A DNA stretch of 64,000 nt, from contig OZ242974.1 in the NCBI GenBank assembly GCA_965211775.1, forward strand, positions 4,442,188 through 4,506,187, read 5' to 3'. Below, piece by piece: positions 1 through 11,251 of the stretch. The notes beneath the pieces are model-generated. The model saw only the letters and a program-made list of their open reading frames with translations. It did not search any database and had not been told where the DNA came from. The stretch comes from Candidatus Thiodiazotropha sp. (GTDB lineage Bacteria; Pseudomonadota; Gammaproteobacteria; Chromatiales; Chromatiaceae). Positions within the stretch are counted from its first letter, which is position 1. The number at the start of each line of letters is the position of its first letter. The position numbers and the translations under genes are program-made.

Positions 1-5
1 CTTTC

Positions 6-1259
6 TTAACGATCTATTTCACCGAACACCACATCCATGGTGCCGATCACCGCGACCACATCGGCCAGCATATGCCCCTTGACCATCTCATCCATGGCTG
101 CAAGATGGGGAAATCCAGGTGCGCGTATCTTCAGGCGATAGGGTTTGTTGGCGCCATCGGAGATGATATAACAACCGAACTCCCCTTTGGGCGCCTCGAC
201 CGCCGCATACGCCTCGCCTACGGGTGGGCAGTATCCCTCAGTGAAAAGCTTGAAGTGGTGTATCAGTCCTTCCATGTCCTCCTTCATGTCATTCCTTGAG
301 GGTGCGACAATCTTGTTGTCATCCAGCATCACCGGACCCGGATTGGCCCGCAACCAATCGATGCACTGTTTGATAATGCGGTTGGATTGACGCATCTCCT
401 CGATCCGCACCAGGTAACGGTCGTAACAGTCGCCGTTTTTCCCGATGGGGATATCGAAGTCCACCTGATCGTAAGCGGCGTAGGACTGCTTTTTGCGAAG
501 GTCCCAGGCCACACCTGAACCACGCAGCATGGGGCCGGTAAAACCGAGTTGCATCGCCCGCTCCGGCGAGACGACACCGATGCCCACTGTACGCTGTTTC
601 CAGATACGGTTGTCGGTCAGCAGGGTTTCGTACTCATCCACCAGCCCGGGGAAACGGTTGCTGAAATCTTCGATGAAATCGAGTACCGATCCCTGCCTGG
701 CCTCATTTCTTATCTCTACGTCGCGACCGGTAACCCACTGACTGGCCTGGTATTGGGGCATCTGATCCGGCAGATCCCGATAGACACCGCCCGGTCTGTA
801 GTAGGCCGCATGCATACGTGCGCCGGACACGGCTTCGTAACAGTCGAACAGATCCTCTCGCTCACGAAAGGCATACAGAAAAACGGTCATGGCACCGACA
901 TCCAGGGCATGGGTGCCCAGCCACATCAGATGATTGAGGACGCGCGTTATCTCGTCGAACATGGTACGGATATATTGCGCGCGTACAGGCGCCTCTATAC
1001 CCAGCAGCTTTTCAATCGCCCTGACATATCCGTGCTCGTTACACATCATCGATACATAATCGAGGCGGTCCATGTAGGGAATGCTTTGATTGTAGGGCTT
1101 GCTCTCGGCCAGTTTCTCGGTGGCGCGATGGAGTAGACCGACATGCGGGTCGGCTCGTTCGATCACTTCCCCATCCATCTCCAGCACCAGGCGCAGAACG
1201 CCGTGGGCCGCGGGGTGCTGAGGGCCGAAATTGAGGGTGTAGTTATGGATCTCAGGCAT
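6..1259 (-). CDS. nuoD: NADH-quinone oxidoreductase subunit D
   Basis: ORF 6..1289 carries the NuoD-type N-terminus [24 protein letters not shown] and the C-terminal GEIDR. The start is placed at the internal Met (1259) next to the nuoC stop. The gene sits in nuoA-B-C-D order. Confidence 0.95.
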   Translation of the reverse strand: MPEIHNYTLNFGPQHPAAHGVLRLVLEMDGEVIERADPHVGLLHRATEKLAESKPYNQSIPYMDRLDYVSMMCNEHGYVRAIEKLLGIEAPVRAQYIRTMFDEITRVLNHLMWLGTHALDVGAMTVFLYAFREREDLFDCYEAVSGARMHAAYYRPGGVYRDLPDQMPQYQASQWVTGRDVEIRNEARQGSVLDFIEDFSNRFPGLVDEYETLLTDNRIWKQRTVGIGVVSPERAMQLGFTGPMLRGSGVAWDLRKKQSYAAYDQVDFDIPIGKNGDCYDRYLVRIEEMRQSNRIIKQCIDWLRANPGPVMLDDNKIVAPSRNDMKEDMEGLIHHFKLFTEGYCPPVGEAYAAVEAPKGEFGCYIISDGANKPYRLKIRAPGFPHLAAMDEMVKGHMLADVVAVIGTMDVVFGEIDR

Positions 1260-1971
1260 CGCTGGTATCCTGCATGGCGCTATCCTCATCGAGATAGCGA
1301 TTGTCCTCTCGTGTCACTCGCGGTACCAGAGTACGCGGATCGATGCTCACAGGCTCGTAAATGACACGCTTCAGATTCGGGTCATAGCGCATCTCCACCT
1401 GGCCGATAAGCGGGAAGTCCTTGCGGAATGGATGACCGATAAAGCCGTAGTCGGTAAGAATTCGTCGCAGATCGGGGTGACCGTCGAACAGAATGCCGTA
1501 GAGATCGAATGCCTCTCGCTCAAACCAATCCGCACTCTGCCACACCGGGACTACCGAGGCGACGATCGGTTGTTCGGTATCGACAAATACCCGCAAACGC
1601 AATCGTGTGTTTTGGCTGATGGAGAGCAGATGATAGACGGCCGCAAAACGATTCGACTCCATCGACTCCAACTCTCCCAGCGGAGTCACACCTCGCCCGA
1701 ATCCGCTATTGGGGGCGCTGTCGGTTTGCCATTCGGATTGACCACAGGCGGAATAGTCGACACCGCAGACGTCGATCAACTCCTCAAAACCGAACTGCCG
1801 GTCATCCCTGAGTCGTAACGCCACATCGCTCAGCTGTTCTGCCGGCACCACCAGAGTCACTTCGCCACAGCTGCGTTCGACGCTGCAGCCTGTCTCTTCA
1901 AATGCGCGGTTAAGATCCTCCGCCAGCCGGTCAAGGCGATCATGCATCCCGTTCTGTGCACTGCTGCTCAT
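1252..1971 (-). CDS. nuoC: NADH-quinone oxidoreductase subunit C
   Basis: The 239-aa ORF lies between nuoB and nuoD and has a 30-kDa-subunit-like core ([29 protein letters not shown]). Confidence 0.9.
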   Translation of the reverse strand: MSSSAQNGMHDRLDRLAEDLNRAFEETGCSVERSCGEVTLVVPAEQLSDVALRLRDDRQFGFEELIDVCGVDYSACGQSEWQTDSAPNSGFGRGVTPLGELESMESNRFAAVYHLLSISQNTRLRLRVFVDTEQPIVASVVPVWQSADWFEREAFDLYGILFDGHPDLRRILTDYGFIGHPFRKDFPLIGQVEMRYDPNLKRVIYEPVSIDPRTLVPRVTREDNRYLDEDSAMQDTSDA

Positions 1972-1983
1972 GTTATCTCCACC

Positions 1984-2475
1984 TTAGCGTGCAATGGTAC
2001 TGGTACGGCGAATCTTGTCCTGAAGTTGGAGCACGCCATACAGCAGTGCTTCGGCGGTAGGCGGACAACCCGGTACGTAAATATCGACCGGGACCACCCG
2101 GTCGCAGCCCCTTACGACGGAGTAGGAGTAGTGGTAGTAACCACCTCCGTTGGCGCACGAACCCATGGAGATGACCCAACGAGGCTCTGCCATCTGATCG
2201 TAGACCTTGCGCAGAGCGGGGGCCATTTTATTAACCAGGGTGCCCGCTACAATCATCACGTCTGACTGCCGGGGGCTGGGCCGGAAGATGATGCCGAAGC
2301 GATCCATGTCGTACCGTGCCGCTGCGGCATGCATCATCTCCACCGCGCAGCATGCCAGGCCGAAAGTCATCGGCCACATCGAACCGGTGCGTGCCCAGTT
2401 GATCAATTTATCTGCAGAAGTGGTAATGACTCCCTTCTCCAGAATACCCTCAATTCCCACTATCAACCTCCACAA
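1984..2475 (-). CDS. nuoB: NADH-quinone oxidoreductase subunit B
   Basis: The ORF has NuoB Fe-S cluster N2 motifs ([27 protein letters not shown]). Confidence 0.95.
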   Translation of the reverse strand: MWRLIVGIEGILEKGVITTSADKLINWARTGSMWPMTFGLACCAVEMMHAAAARYDMDRFGIIFRPSPRQSDVMIVAGTLVNKMAPALRKVYDQMAEPRWVISMGSCANGGGYYHYSYSVVRGCDRVVPVDIYVPGCPPTAEALLYGVLQLQDKIRRTSTIAR

Positions 2476-2508
2476 ACAGTCGTGAATACTCTCCTGATTC
2501 CGCGCCGA

Positions 2509-2865
2509 TTATTCCCATTCCAAGGCTCCCTTCTTCCACTCATAAATGAAGCCTATGACGAGAATGACGAGAAAAACCATCATGGCGATGAATCCGACCA
2601 TACCGATCTGATCCAATACCACAGCCCAGGGAAAGAGGAAGGCGATCTCAAGATCGAAGATAATGAACAGGATGGCAACCAGGTAGTAGCGCACATCGAA
2701 TTTCATGCGTGAATTCTCGAATGCCTCGAATCCACATTCATAGGGAGAGAGTTTTTCGTCATCGGGTTTTCTTGTACCCAACAGAAAACCGAGTGCTATT
2801 ACAACACCACCCATCACAAAGGCTACTGAGAGAAATATCAAGATGGGTAGATAGTTTTCGAGCAT
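2509..2865 (-). CDS. nuoA: NADH-quinone oxidoreductase subunit A
   Basis: The 118-aa protein has three predicted membrane helices, carries [10 protein letters not shown], and is the first gene of the nuo block. Confidence 0.9.
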   Translation of the reverse strand: MLENYLPILIFLSVAFVMGGVVIALGFLLGTRKPDDEKLSPYECGFEAFENSRMKFDVRYYLVAILFIIFDLEIAFLFPWAVVLDQIGMVGFIAMMVFLVILVIGFIYEWKKGALEWE

Positions 2866-3065
2866 CAGTATGCTGCCCCCTCGTGTCGTTCAATCATTAT
2901 ATTTTTAAGCGAATTCCAGGGAAGGTCCGCAGTCTATCCTTTGCTGCATTATCGTGTCAAGTAGCAAGAAAAGTAATATCCCCAATGAATTCAATCAGTT
3001 ATTATACTTTTGCATCCATAAAAAAACGGTATTGGGTAGAAATTACCCAATACCGTTTTCATTGT

Positions 3066-3150
3066 TGGTACCGATGGCCGGATTTGAACCGGCACGGCTT
3101 TCGCCACTACCCCCTCAAGATAGCGTGTCTACCAATTCCACCACATCGGC
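3066..3150 (-). tRNA. tRNA-Leu (anticodon GAG), class II with long variable arm
   Basis: I folded it by hand from the reverse complement GCCGATGTGGTGGAATTGGTAGACACGCTATCTTGAGGGGGTAGTGGCGAAAGCCGTGCCGGTTCAAATCCGGCCATCGGTACCA. Acceptor stem is GCCGATG/CATCGGT, anticodon stem CTATC/GGTAG with loop TT-GAG-GG, variable arm GGC-GAAA-GCC, T arm GCCGG-TTCAAAT-CCGGC, with an encoded CCA. It lies directly downstream of secG, as in many gammaproteobacteria. Confidence 0.85.
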
Positions 3151-3167
3151 AAAAATCCAATCGACAG

Positions 3168-3638
3168 TTACTCCTTCAGCTGCCCCTTCGACTCCTCCGC
3201 AGTTGCAGCAGCCTCGGTTTGTGAGGTCGTCTCAGCCGGCTCGACCGGCGGCGCTGCCTCGATCACAGGCGTCGCCTCCTCAGCCGGTGGGATAATGGCG
3301 GGTATGTCGCTCTCTACCGGCACAGGCGGTATGTCGCTCTGCTGAATCTCCTCCACCTGAACTGCAGGCGCCTGATCCAGCGCCTCCATGACACCGACCT
3401 GTTCGTTTCTCTGAGAAGCAAAATAGGCCATCACCATACTGGTGATAAAAAACAGGGTCGCCAGCAAGGCTGTTGTCCGGGTCAGAAACGAGGCGGACCC
3501 CTTGGCACCAAATACCGTACCCGAGGCACCACTGCCGAAGGCAGCACCCATGTCCGCACCTTTCCCGTGCTGTATCAGGATCAATCCCACCAGGCCAACG
3601 GCCAGGAAGATATGAAACACGGTCAATATAGTTTGCAT
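3168..3638 (-). CDS. secG: preprotein translocase subunit SecG (with a Pro/Ala/Glu-rich C-terminal tail)
   Basis: The N-terminus MQTILTVFHIFLAVGLVGLILIQHGKGADMGAAFGSGASGTVFGAKG is SecG-like. Its position between tpiA and tRNA-Leu matches conserved synteny. Confidence 0.9.
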   Translation of the reverse strand: MQTILTVFHIFLAVGLVGLILIQHGKGADMGAAFGSGASGTVFGAKGSASFLTRTTALLATLFFITSMVMAYFASQRNEQVGVMEALDQAPAVQVEEIQQSDIPPVPVESDIPAIIPPAEEATPVIEAAPPVEPAETTSQTEAAATAEESKGQLKE

Positions 3639-3674
3639 TTGCTTAATGTCCTAGTAGGGCCTGTTATCACGAAT

Positions 3675-4427
3675 TCAATCCGCTGCGCTACAGATACCCA
3701 GGAAATCCTCGGCCGCAAGGGAGGCTCCCCCGATCAAACCACCATCGATATCGGGCTTCCCGATCAATTCTGCGGCGTTACCAGGCTTCATGGAGCCGCC
3801 ATAGAGTATACGCAACCCTTCCGCGACTTCACTACTCTTCTCAGCCACCCGGGAACGAATGAACGCATGTACTTCCTGTGCCTGATCGGGGGTAGCTGTC
3901 ATCCCGGTGCCTATGGCCCAAACCGGCTCATAGGCGATAACACCGTCAGCCAGGGCATCGACACCCTCAAGCGCAATCACTGCATCGAGCTGTCGGGCCA
4001 CGACTTCGTTAGTGGTGCCCGCTTCCCGTTCCTCAAGCGTCTCGCCGATGCAGAGGATGGGTACCAATCCGGCAGCACGCGCCACTGCGTATTTCTTTGC
4101 CACCAGTTGATCGCTCTCGGCATGGTAGGTGCGACGCTCGGAGTGTCCCACGATGACATATTTGCATCCGAAATCGTTGAGCATGGAGGCGGCAACCTCA
4201 CCGGTATAGGCACCGGACGACTCTGTCGACAGATCCTGGCCGCCCCATGCGATATCGCTGCCCGAAAGCAGTTTCTCCACCTCAGGTAGGTAGATATAGG
4301 GCGGACAGACGGCCACCTCTGCACGCTTGACATCACCGACACCACGACTGATGCCGTCAAGCAAGCCGCGAACACTCTCGAGAGAACCGTTCATCTTCCA
4401 GTTTCCGGCAACCAGTGGTCTACGCAT
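3675..4427 (-). CDS. tpiA: triosephosphate isomerase
   Basis: TIM motifs are present: VAGNWKMNG, IVGHSERR, AYEPVWAIGTG, YGGS. Confidence 0.95.
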   Translation of the reverse strand: MRRPLVAGNWKMNGSLESVRGLLDGISRGVGDVKRAEVAVCPPYIYLPEVEKLLSGSDIAWGGQDLSTESSGAYTGEVAASMLNDFGCKYVIVGHSERRTYHAESDQLVAKKYAVARAAGLVPILCIGETLEEREAGTTNEVVARQLDAVIALEGVDALADGVIAYEPVWAIGTGMTATPDQAQEVHAFIRSRVAEKSSEVAEGLRILYGGSMKPGNAAELIGKPDIDGGLIGGASLAAEDFLGICSAAD

Positions 4428-4526
4428 GCCTTCACTCCTGCGATCAAAAGAAAGCGCGCCAGCTTAACGGTCAATGGGTTTGAAATCAATCTCAATCGAT
4501 GGCGAACACGCCCAGCTTCGCACTTC

Positions 4527-5873
4527 TTACTCGCTGGTGACCAGTTCCTTCACCGCAGCGGCGATATGGTCCGACAGGTCATCAACCTTTGTCCCGTCGT
4601 TCCCTTCCACCATGACACGTATCAGTGGCTCCGTACCCGAGGGCCTGAGCAGAATTCGTCCACTGTCGCCCATTTCGACCTCAGCTTCACGAACCGAACG
4701 TCTCACCTGTTCAGAATCCATGATCTCTTGCGGGTTTCGGCTGCCGAGATGGACATTTGTCAGTTTTTGCGGATATTTACTCATACCGGCACACAACTCA
4801 CGCAAGGTACTGTTTGTCGCGTACATCTCTTCCAATACCTGCAGGGCGGCGATAATTCCGTCGCCGGTGGTAGTGCGGTCAAGGCAGATGATGTGCCCCG
4901 ACTGTTCGCCGCCGAGCACCCAGCCTTTTTCAGTGAGGCGTTCCATGATGTAGCGATCCCCCACCTGGGTCCGCTCGAAAACCACCCCATGATCCCTCAG
5001 CGCATGTTCGAGTCCGAGATTACTCATCAGGGTACCGACAACCGCTCCCTTGAGCACACCATGCCTCATCCTGGAACAGGCGATGATATAGAGGATTTCA
5101 TCACCATCCACCTCATTGCCCTGATCATCCACCATGATCAGTCGATCGCCATCGCCATCCAGGGCAATGCCCAGGTCCGCTTCGTGTTCCAACACCGCTT
5201 GTTTCAGGTGCTCCGGATAGGTCGAGCCGACACCATCATTGATATTGAATCCATTGGGCTGGTTTCCAATGGCGATCACGTCCGCGCCCATCTCATCAAA
5301 CACATAGGGTGCAATATTATAGGTAGCTCCATTGGCGCAATCGACCACGATCTTCATGCCTTTGAAGCGGGTCTTGAGGGGAATCGTGCTTTTGCAGAAT
5401 TCGATATAGCGACCTTCCGCCGCCATCTTCTCCGCCCTGCCAAGGTCGGATGAGTCGACCGTCAACAACGGCTTCTCCATCTCCGCCTCGATCGCGGTCT
5501 CAAGCTCATCCGGGAGTTTGAGCCCCTCGGCCGAAAAGAATTTGATGCCATTGTCCTGATAGGGATTATGGGAAGCACTGATGACGACTCCGGCCTGCGC
5601 ATGCAGGGTACGGGTCAGATAGGCGACACTGGGAGTCGGCATGGGTCCCAACAAGGTGATGTTCACCCCGGCCGCCGTCAGACCGGCCTCGAGCGCCGAT
5701 TCCAACAAGTAGCCGGAGATACGGGTATCTTTTCCGATCAGTACCCTGCTTTTAGCCTCTGCACCCAGAACCCTGCCCACGGCCCAGCCTAGCTTCAGCA
5801 CAAATTCAGGCGTGATCGGCCCTTCACCGAATCGTCCGCGCACCCCGTCTGTTCCAAAATATTTCCGACTCAC
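4527..5873 (-). CDS. glmM: phosphoglucosamine mutase
   Basis: The ORF has FGTDGVRG, the active-site SASHNP, and DGDGDR. Confidence 0.95.
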   Translation of the reverse strand: MSRKYFGTDGVRGRFGEGPITPEFVLKLGWAVGRVLGAEAKSRVLIGKDTRISGYLLESALEAGLTAAGVNITLLGPMPTPSVAYLTRTLHAQAGVVISASHNPYQDNGIKFFSAEGLKLPDELETAIEAEMEKPLLTVDSSDLGRAEKMAAEGRYIEFCKSTIPLKTRFKGMKIVVDCANGATYNIAPYVFDEMGADVIAIGNQPNGFNINDGVGSTYPEHLKQAVLEHEADLGIALDGDGDRLIMVDDQGNEVDGDEILYIIACSRMRHGVLKGAVVGTLMSNLGLEHALRDHGVVFERTQVGDRYIMERLTEKGWVLGGEQSGHIICLDRTTTGDGIIAALQVLEEMYATNSTLRELCAGMSKYPQKLTNVHLGSRNPQEIMDSEQVRRSVREAEVEMGDSGRILLRPSGTEPLIRVMVEGNDGTKVDDLSDHIAAAVKELVTSE

Positions 5874-5891
5874 TAAACCATCCTCAATTAG

Positions 5892-6725
5892 CTAGATGGC
5901 GGATCTGACCGCCGACACCACTTTGAGTGCGTCAACCGTTTCACGTACATCATGTACCCTGATAATAGCGGCGCCTCCCATAACGGCAACCACTGCCGCC
6001 GCGACACTCCCCATGAGTCGTTCGTTCACAGGCAGATTCCCGAGTATCGACCCGATCATCGATTTTCTTGATATCCCCACCAGTACCGGAGCAGCGAGTT
6101 CATCCAACGCCTGCAGTTCTTTCAACAGGATCAGATTATGCTCAAGTGACTTACCGAAGCCAAACCCCGGATCGACTATCATATTATGGCGTGTGATACC
6201 TGCTGCTTCACCCGCGTCCAGACGCTGCCGCAGGAATCGCCTGACCTCATCCACCACGTTCCCGTAGTGAGGCGCATCCTGCATGGTTCTCGGTTTCCCC
6301 TGCATATGCATGAGACAGACCGGAACGGCTATCTCGGCCGCCGTCGCCAATGCACCGGGTTCCTGCAGCGCCAGGACGTCATTGATCATGCCGGCACCGG
6401 CAGAAACCGCTTCACGCATCACCAACGGTTTACTGGTATCGATGGAGATCGGTACGGGAATGGCCTGCGCCAGCCTTTCTATGATGGGAATAACTCGATC
6501 CAGTTCTTCATCTACCGATACTGGCTGGGCACCGGGACGGGTGGACTCCCCGCCAATATCGATAACGGCTGCACCCTCCTCCACCATGTTCAGGGCGTGC
6601 TTTAATGCCACATCTGGATTCAGGAAAAGCCCGCCATCCGAAAACGAGTCGGGTGTCAGGTTGAGAATGCCCATGACCTGGGGTGAGCCCAGGTCCAGTA
6701 GTTTTCCTGCACAATCGAGAATCAA
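5892..6725 (-). CDS. folP: dihydropteroate synthase
   Basis: The ORF has MGILNLTPDSFSDGG and DIGGESTRPG, in the conserved ftsH-folP-glmM order. Confidence 0.95.
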   Translation of the reverse strand: MILDCAGKLLDLGSPQVMGILNLTPDSFSDGGLFLNPDVALKHALNMVEEGAAVIDIGGESTRPGAQPVSVDEELDRVIPIIERLAQAIPVPISIDTSKPLVMREAVSAGAGMINDVLALQEPGALATAAEIAVPVCLMHMQGKPRTMQDAPHYGNVVDEVRRFLRQRLDAGEAAGITRHNMIVDPGFGFGKSLEHNLILLKELQALDELAAPVLVGISRKSMIGSILGNLPVNERLMGSVAAAVVAVMGGAAIIRVHDVRETVDALKVVSAVRSAI

Positions 6726-6740
6726 TGAGAAACAGCTATA

Positions 6741-8672
6741 TCAGTGCTGACCGGTGGGACCGCCGATAGTCCCCGAGACATCATCAGAAGAGGGGGATTC
6801 GCCGGACGGACGGGTATCATCATCAGAACCGATATCGCCCTCATCCCAATCCTTTGGCGGTCGTGGCGTCTTGCCTGCCATGATGTCGTCGATCTGCTCC
6901 GTATCGATGGTCTCGTATTTCATCAACGCCTTGGCCATGACATGGAGCTTTTCCAGATTCTCGTCGAGTATCTTCTCGGCGCGCTCATAGTTACGGTCTA
7001 TAAAGCTACGGATCTCCTCATCGATGGTATGCGCCGTATCGTCGGATACATTTTTGTGCTGGGTCACCGAGCGCCCGAGAAAGACTTCCTCTTCCTCCTC
7101 GCTGTACATCAGCGGTCCGAGGCGTTCCGACAAGCCCCATTTGGTAACCATGTTGCGTGCCAGATCGGTGGCACGCTTGATATCGTTGGAGGCGCCGGTG
7201 GTAACCTTGTCGATTCCGAAGATCAGCTCTTCGGCGATACGCCCACCGAACAGAGTGGATATCTGACTCTCCAGATGCTCTTTACTGTAGCTGTAACGAT
7301 CAGCCTCGGGGAGAAACATGGTAACGCCAAGCGCCCTACCACGGGGGATGATACTCACTTTGTAGACCGGATCGTGAGACGGCACCAGGCGGCCGACGAT
7401 GGCATGACCCGACTCATGATAGGCGGTCAGTTTCTTCTCGTCTTCACTCATCACCATGGTACGGCGCTCCGTACCCATCATGATCTTGTCTTTCGCCTTC
7501 TCCATCTCCTCCATGCCGACCAGGGTCTTGTTGGCGCGGGCGGCAAACAGGGCGGCCTCATTCACCAGATTGGCCAGATCGGCGCCGGAGAAACCGGGTG
7601 TGCCACGGGCAATGATGGCGGGTTTCACATCTTCGGATGCAGCCACCTTGCGCAGATGGACCTTGAGAATCTGTTCACGTCCGCGCACATCAGGCAGAGG
7701 CACCACCACCTGGCGGTCGAATCGGCCCGGGCGCAGCAACGCCGGATCCAACACGTCCGGACGGTTGGTCGCAGCAATCACGATAACCCCTTCATTACCC
7801 TCGAAACCATCCATCTCCACCAGCAGTTGGTTGAGGGTCTGCTCGCGCTCATCATGACCGCCGCCGAGCCCCGCGCCACGATGCCGTCCCACCGCATCGA
7901 TCTCGTCGATAAAAATGATGCAGGGCGCATGCTTCTTGGCCTGTTCGAACATATCGCGCACCCGGGAGGCACCGACACCCACGAACATCTCCACGAAGTC
8001 TGAACCCGAGATGGTGAAGAACGGTACCTTGGCTTCACCGGCGATCGCCTTTGCAAGCAGGGTCTTACCGGTACCGGGAGAACCGACCATCAACACACCT
8101 TTGGGGATCTTGCCGCCGAGTTTCTGGAATTTTGAGGGATCACGCAGGAAGTCGACCATCTCGGATACCTCTTCCTTGGCCTCCTCGACACCCGCCACAT
8201 CGTTAAAGGTCACCTTGACCTGGTCCTCACTCAACATCCGAGCCTTGCTCTTACCGAATGACATGGCGCCACGTCCAGCCCCACCACCCTGCATTTGACG
8301 CATGAAAAATATCCATAGACCGATCAGCACGAACAGCGGAAACCAGTTGATCAGAATGTTCATCAACAGAGAGGGCTTCTCCGGTGGATTTGCCTTGATC
8401 TCAACATTACTGTTGAGCAGGTCGCTGACCAGCATGTCGTCACCCGGACTGTAGGTGGAGAAGCGCTGCCCTGAGGTCAATGTGCCGGTAATATCGCGTC
8501 CGTTGCCGCTGAACTCGACCTCTTTCACCTGCCCCGATTTCACATTGACAATAAACTCGGAGTAGCTCATTGGCTGTACCTTCGGCTGGGTAGTCGAGAA
8601 ATTATTGACGACCGTCATCAAAACGATGGCGATCACTACCCAGAGAATCAAATTTTTTGCCATGTCGTTCAA
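6741..8672 (-). CDS. ftsH: ATP-dependent zinc metalloprotease FtsH
   Basis: The ORF has Walker A GSPGTGKT, Walker B IIFIDEID, the second region of homology, and the HESGH zinc site. Confidence 0.97.
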   Translation of the reverse strand: MNDMAKNLILWVVIAIVLMTVVNNFSTTQPKVQPMSYSEFIVNVKSGQVKEVEFSGNGRDITGTLTSGQRFSTYSPGDDMLVSDLLNSNVEIKANPPEKPSLLMNILINWFPLFVLIGLWIFFMRQMQGGGAGRGAMSFGKSKARMLSEDQVKVTFNDVAGVEEAKEEVSEMVDFLRDPSKFQKLGGKIPKGVLMVGSPGTGKTLLAKAIAGEAKVPFFTISGSDFVEMFVGVGASRVRDMFEQAKKHAPCIIFIDEIDAVGRHRGAGLGGGHDEREQTLNQLLVEMDGFEGNEGVIVIAATNRPDVLDPALLRPGRFDRQVVVPLPDVRGREQILKVHLRKVAASEDVKPAIIARGTPGFSGADLANLVNEAALFAARANKTLVGMEEMEKAKDKIMMGTERRTMVMSEDEKKLTAYHESGHAIVGRLVPSHDPVYKVSIIPRGRALGVTMFLPEADRYSYSKEHLESQISTLFGGRIAEELIFGIDKVTTGASNDIKRATDLARNMVTKWGLSERLGPLMYSEEEEEVFLGRSVTQHKNVSDDTAHTIDEEIRSFIDRNYERAEKILDENLEKLHVMAKALMKYETIDTEQIDDIMAGKTPRPPKDWDEGDIGSDDDTRPSGESPSSDDVSGTIGGPTGQH

Positions 8673-8836
8673 AATCTAAAAACCTCTTTATCAATCCCGT
8701 CATAGTGCGGGATCTAAATCATCCAAATCGGCATTTGCAGATCGGGGGACGGCTTTACACCATCCGGCACGGCCGATTTGTCAATAATACCCCGAAAAAA
8801 CCCTAATTATCTGTGCAAATTACTGATTTTTTGGAC

Positions 8837-9475
8837 TTACTGGTTGGTACGGTACACCATCTTAAAGTTCCCTGCTACCAGATAGACCTCACGGCTTTTG
8901 GCCCGTGATGAGCTGGGTTTACGGCTCACCACCCGCATAAAATCGTGACGAAGCGCCTTCAGATAAGCGTCGAATCCCTCTCCCTGGAATATCTTAACGA
9001 CAAAACAGCCGCCTGGCTTTAACACTTCGCGAGCAAAATCAAGGGCCAGCTCGCAAAGATAGATAGCCCTTGGCTGATCAACGCTCGCTATACCTGTAAC
9101 ATTGGGCGCCATATCTGAAATTACAAGGTCCACGGCCTCCCCATCCAGGGATTTCTCCAGTTCTTCAAGTGGCTGCGTTTCACGAAAATCACCCTGAATA
9201 AACTCCACACCGGCCATGGGGTCCATCGGCAGTATATCCATCGCCACGATGCGCCCCTTCTCCCCTACCAGTTTCCGGGCCACCTGACACCACCCACCAG
9301 GGGCGGCACCCAGATCCACAACCTTCATGCCTGGCTTGAAAATATTATCTTTTTGCTGGATTTCCAGTAACTTAAATGCAGCCCGGGAACGATAACCCGC
9401 CTTTTGCGCCTGCTTTACATATTCGTCTTTGAAATGACGATCCAGCCATTGGCGACTGCTTTTACTGCGCTTCAT
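8837..9475 (-). CDS. rlmE: 23S rRNA (uridine-2'-O)-methyltransferase RlmE/FtsJ
   Basis: The ORF has YRSRAAFKL and the SAM motif [11 protein letters not shown], and lies upstream of ftsH. Confidence 0.95.
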   Translation of the reverse strand: MKRSKSSRQWLDRHFKDEYVKQAQKAGYRSRAAFKLLEIQQKDNIFKPGMKVVDLGAAPGGWCQVARKLVGEKGRIVAMDILPMDPMAGVEFIQGDFRETQPLEELEKSLDGEAVDLVISDMAPNVTGIASVDQPRAIYLCELALDFAREVLKPGGCFVVKIFQGEGFDAYLKALRHDFMRVVSRKPSSSRAKSREVYLVAGNFKMVYRTNQ

Positions 9476-9602
9476 GAGACTGCTGAGTCCTTAATGACTG
9501 TATAACCTACAGGTTAGATGATAATTGGCGTTCATTTCACACCAAATTGCATGGATTGGATAATTTAACCGAATCCCATTCCTTAAAACCTATTATTTTA
9601 GA

Positions 9603-9637
9603 GCAGCAAATGAACGCGAATCACCGCAAATGTACGC
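9603..9637 (+). repeat. ~35-bp element built from phased CGCAAAT-like sub-repeats (family also at 10804, 15629, 16068)
   Basis: The sequence is GCAGCAAATGAACGCGAATCACCGCAAATGTACGC. It forms an inverted pair with 10804..10843. Confidence 0.7.
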
Positions 9638-9758
9638 TTAATATAGCGAAAAGCATACCTGGCATTGATCGATGTTGATTGCTTGGTGAGCCCTTTTCTC
9701 GACTTTTAAAGAATAATCAGGATTTGGCCTATTTCAATCGCCGGATTTCATAAGCTTA

Positions 9759-10787
9759 CCTGATTACTCATGAGGCTCAGCTATTGAGCCTGTGGTGCAA
9801 GCATAATGGAACCTACTGAATAAAAGAGGATTTCATCATGCCGAGAAATACTATTCAATTTCAAAAAGGTCTTGGTTTGCACGATTTTCTGGAACAATAT
9901 GGGACCGAGGATCAGTGTCGACAGGCATTGTATGATTTGCGCTGGCCGACGGGCTATGTCTGCCCTGAGTGCGGCAACACAACAGGCTGTGAACTCAAAA
10001 AGCGTCAGATATATCAATGTCACAAGTGCCATCATCAGACTTCCCTGACCGCCGGCAGCATCTTCCATGGCACCAAGCTGCCGCTGAGAACGTGGTTTCT
10101 TGCGATCTATCTGTTGACCCAACGCAAGAAAAGTATCTCGGCGCTGCAACTTTCCCGCGAAATCGGGGTGAACTACAATACGGCCTGGCGACTCAAGCAT
10201 AAGTTGATGCAGGTGATGATGGAACGTGAGCGTGGAAAAAAACTGGCCGGTCGCATCGAATTGGATGATGCTTATCTCGGAGGCGAGCAAGCCGGTAAGC
10301 GTGGTCGTGGGTCGCGCAACAAAATCCCTTTCGTAGCTGCTGTTGAGACGACGCGGGACGGCAGGCCCATGAAAATTCAACTGCGTCGTGTAAGGGGCTT
10401 CCGCAAACGTGAAATCGCCCGCTACGCCCGCTCCTGCTTGATGCCTGGCAGCGAAGTCTTTACCGATGGGCTTTGGTGCTTTAGTGGCGTGACAACCGCT
10501 GATTGCCATCATAACCCCATGGTGACGGGTGGTGGGCGCCAAAGTGTCCAGTATTCGTGCTTCAAATGGGTAAACACGATGTTGGGTAATGTCAAAAACA
10601 GTCTGTTGGGTACTTTTCATGCGATTCGAGATAAACATGTGTCGCGTTATCTTGCTGAGTTCGAATATCGGTTTAACCGCCGTTTCGATTTACCCGCCAT
10701 GATTGAACGATTGCTTTTTGCCGCTCTTCGCACTCCACCTATGCCATATCGCCTCTTGAGAATGGCTGAGGTTTAGGGGTAATCAGG
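9759..10787 (+). mobile_element. IS1595-family insertion sequence, copy 1 (1029 bp)
   Basis: The termini are CCTGATTAC...GTAATCAGG. A perfect 8-bp target duplication TAAGCTTA is present at 9751..9758 and 10788..10795. It encodes one transposase and is near-identical to the copies at 28544 and 38372. Confidence 0.9.
9838..10776 (+). CDS. IS1595-family (ISXO2-like) DDE transposase with N-terminal zinc ribbon
   Basis: The 312-aa protein has CPECG...CHKCHH and a C-terminal ...YLAEFEYRFNRR typical of this family. Three copies occur in the window. Confidence 0.88.
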   Translation: MPRNTIQFQKGLGLHDFLEQYGTEDQCRQALYDLRWPTGYVCPECGNTTGCELKKRQIYQCHKCHHQTSLTAGSIFHGTKLPLRTWFLAIYLLTQRKKSISALQLSREIGVNYNTAWRLKHKLMQVMMERERGKKLAGRIELDDAYLGGEQAGKRGRGSRNKIPFVAAVETTRDGRPMKIQLRRVRGFRKREIARYARSCLMPGSEVFTDGLWCFSGVTTADCHHNPMVTGGGRQSVQYSCFKWVNTMLGNVKNSLLGTFHAIRDKHVSRYLAEFEYRFNRRFDLPAMIERLLFAALRTPPMPYRLLRMAEV

Positions 10788-10803
10788 TAAGCTTATGTTT
10801 TTT

Positions 10804-10843
10804 AATTTGCGCATATTTCCGGTGATTCGCGTCCATTTGCGGC
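10804..10843 (-). repeat. phased CGCAAAT-like repeat element, inverted partner of 9603..9637
   Basis: The reverse complement reads GGCCGCAAATGGACGCGAATCACCGGAAATATGCGCAAAT. Confidence 0.7.
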
Positions 10844-10947
10844 CTGCTTTTCTCTTACAAACCGTTAACACTAATCCAGCCTCAATGTTCCACTCGACGG
10901 GGAAAAGATATAGAATCCGCCTCCCCATTCATAACAAGATCTCCGCC

Positions 10948-11244
10948 ATGCCGCTTACAGCCGCACAAAACCGTTCATTGAAAAAACTCGCCCACGACCT
11001 CAAGCCAGTGGTTATCGTAGGTCAGCACGGCCTGACTGAAAATGTGCTCAAAGAGATCGACACCACACTCAACACCCATGAACTGATCAAGGTCAAACTG
11101 GCGGGTGCCGACAAGGAGGACCGGAAAGCACTCAGCAGCGAAATCATCGCACGCCTGTCAGCGGAGCTGGTGCAGATCATTGGCCGGGTGGCTATCTTCT
11201 ATCGCCCCAATCCAAAGAAAAAGAAGAACAGAATCGTGGTTTAA
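10948..11244 (+). CDS. yhbY: RNA-binding protein YhbY (CRM domain)
   Basis: The translation is MPLTAAQNRSLKKLAHDLKPVVIVGQHGLTENVLKEIDTTLNTHELIKVKL. The start is set at the internal ATG (10948), because the longer ORF runs into the repeat and IS flank. It is divergent from rlmE, as in E. coli. Confidence 0.88.
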   Translation: MPLTAAQNRSLKKLAHDLKPVVIVGQHGLTENVLKEIDTTLNTHELIKVKLAGADKEDRKALSSEIIARLSAELVQIIGRVAIFYRPNPKKKKNRIVV

Positions 11245-11251
11245 TTTTGGA

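Noticed and set aside
9781-10638. A 285-aa ORF antisense to the IS1595 transposase (also 38521..39378 and 28780..29421).
   Set aside because: It is a shadow ORF on the opposite strand of a clearly recognisable transposase. It recurs only because the IS is repeated, and its sequence is low-complexity with no family features.
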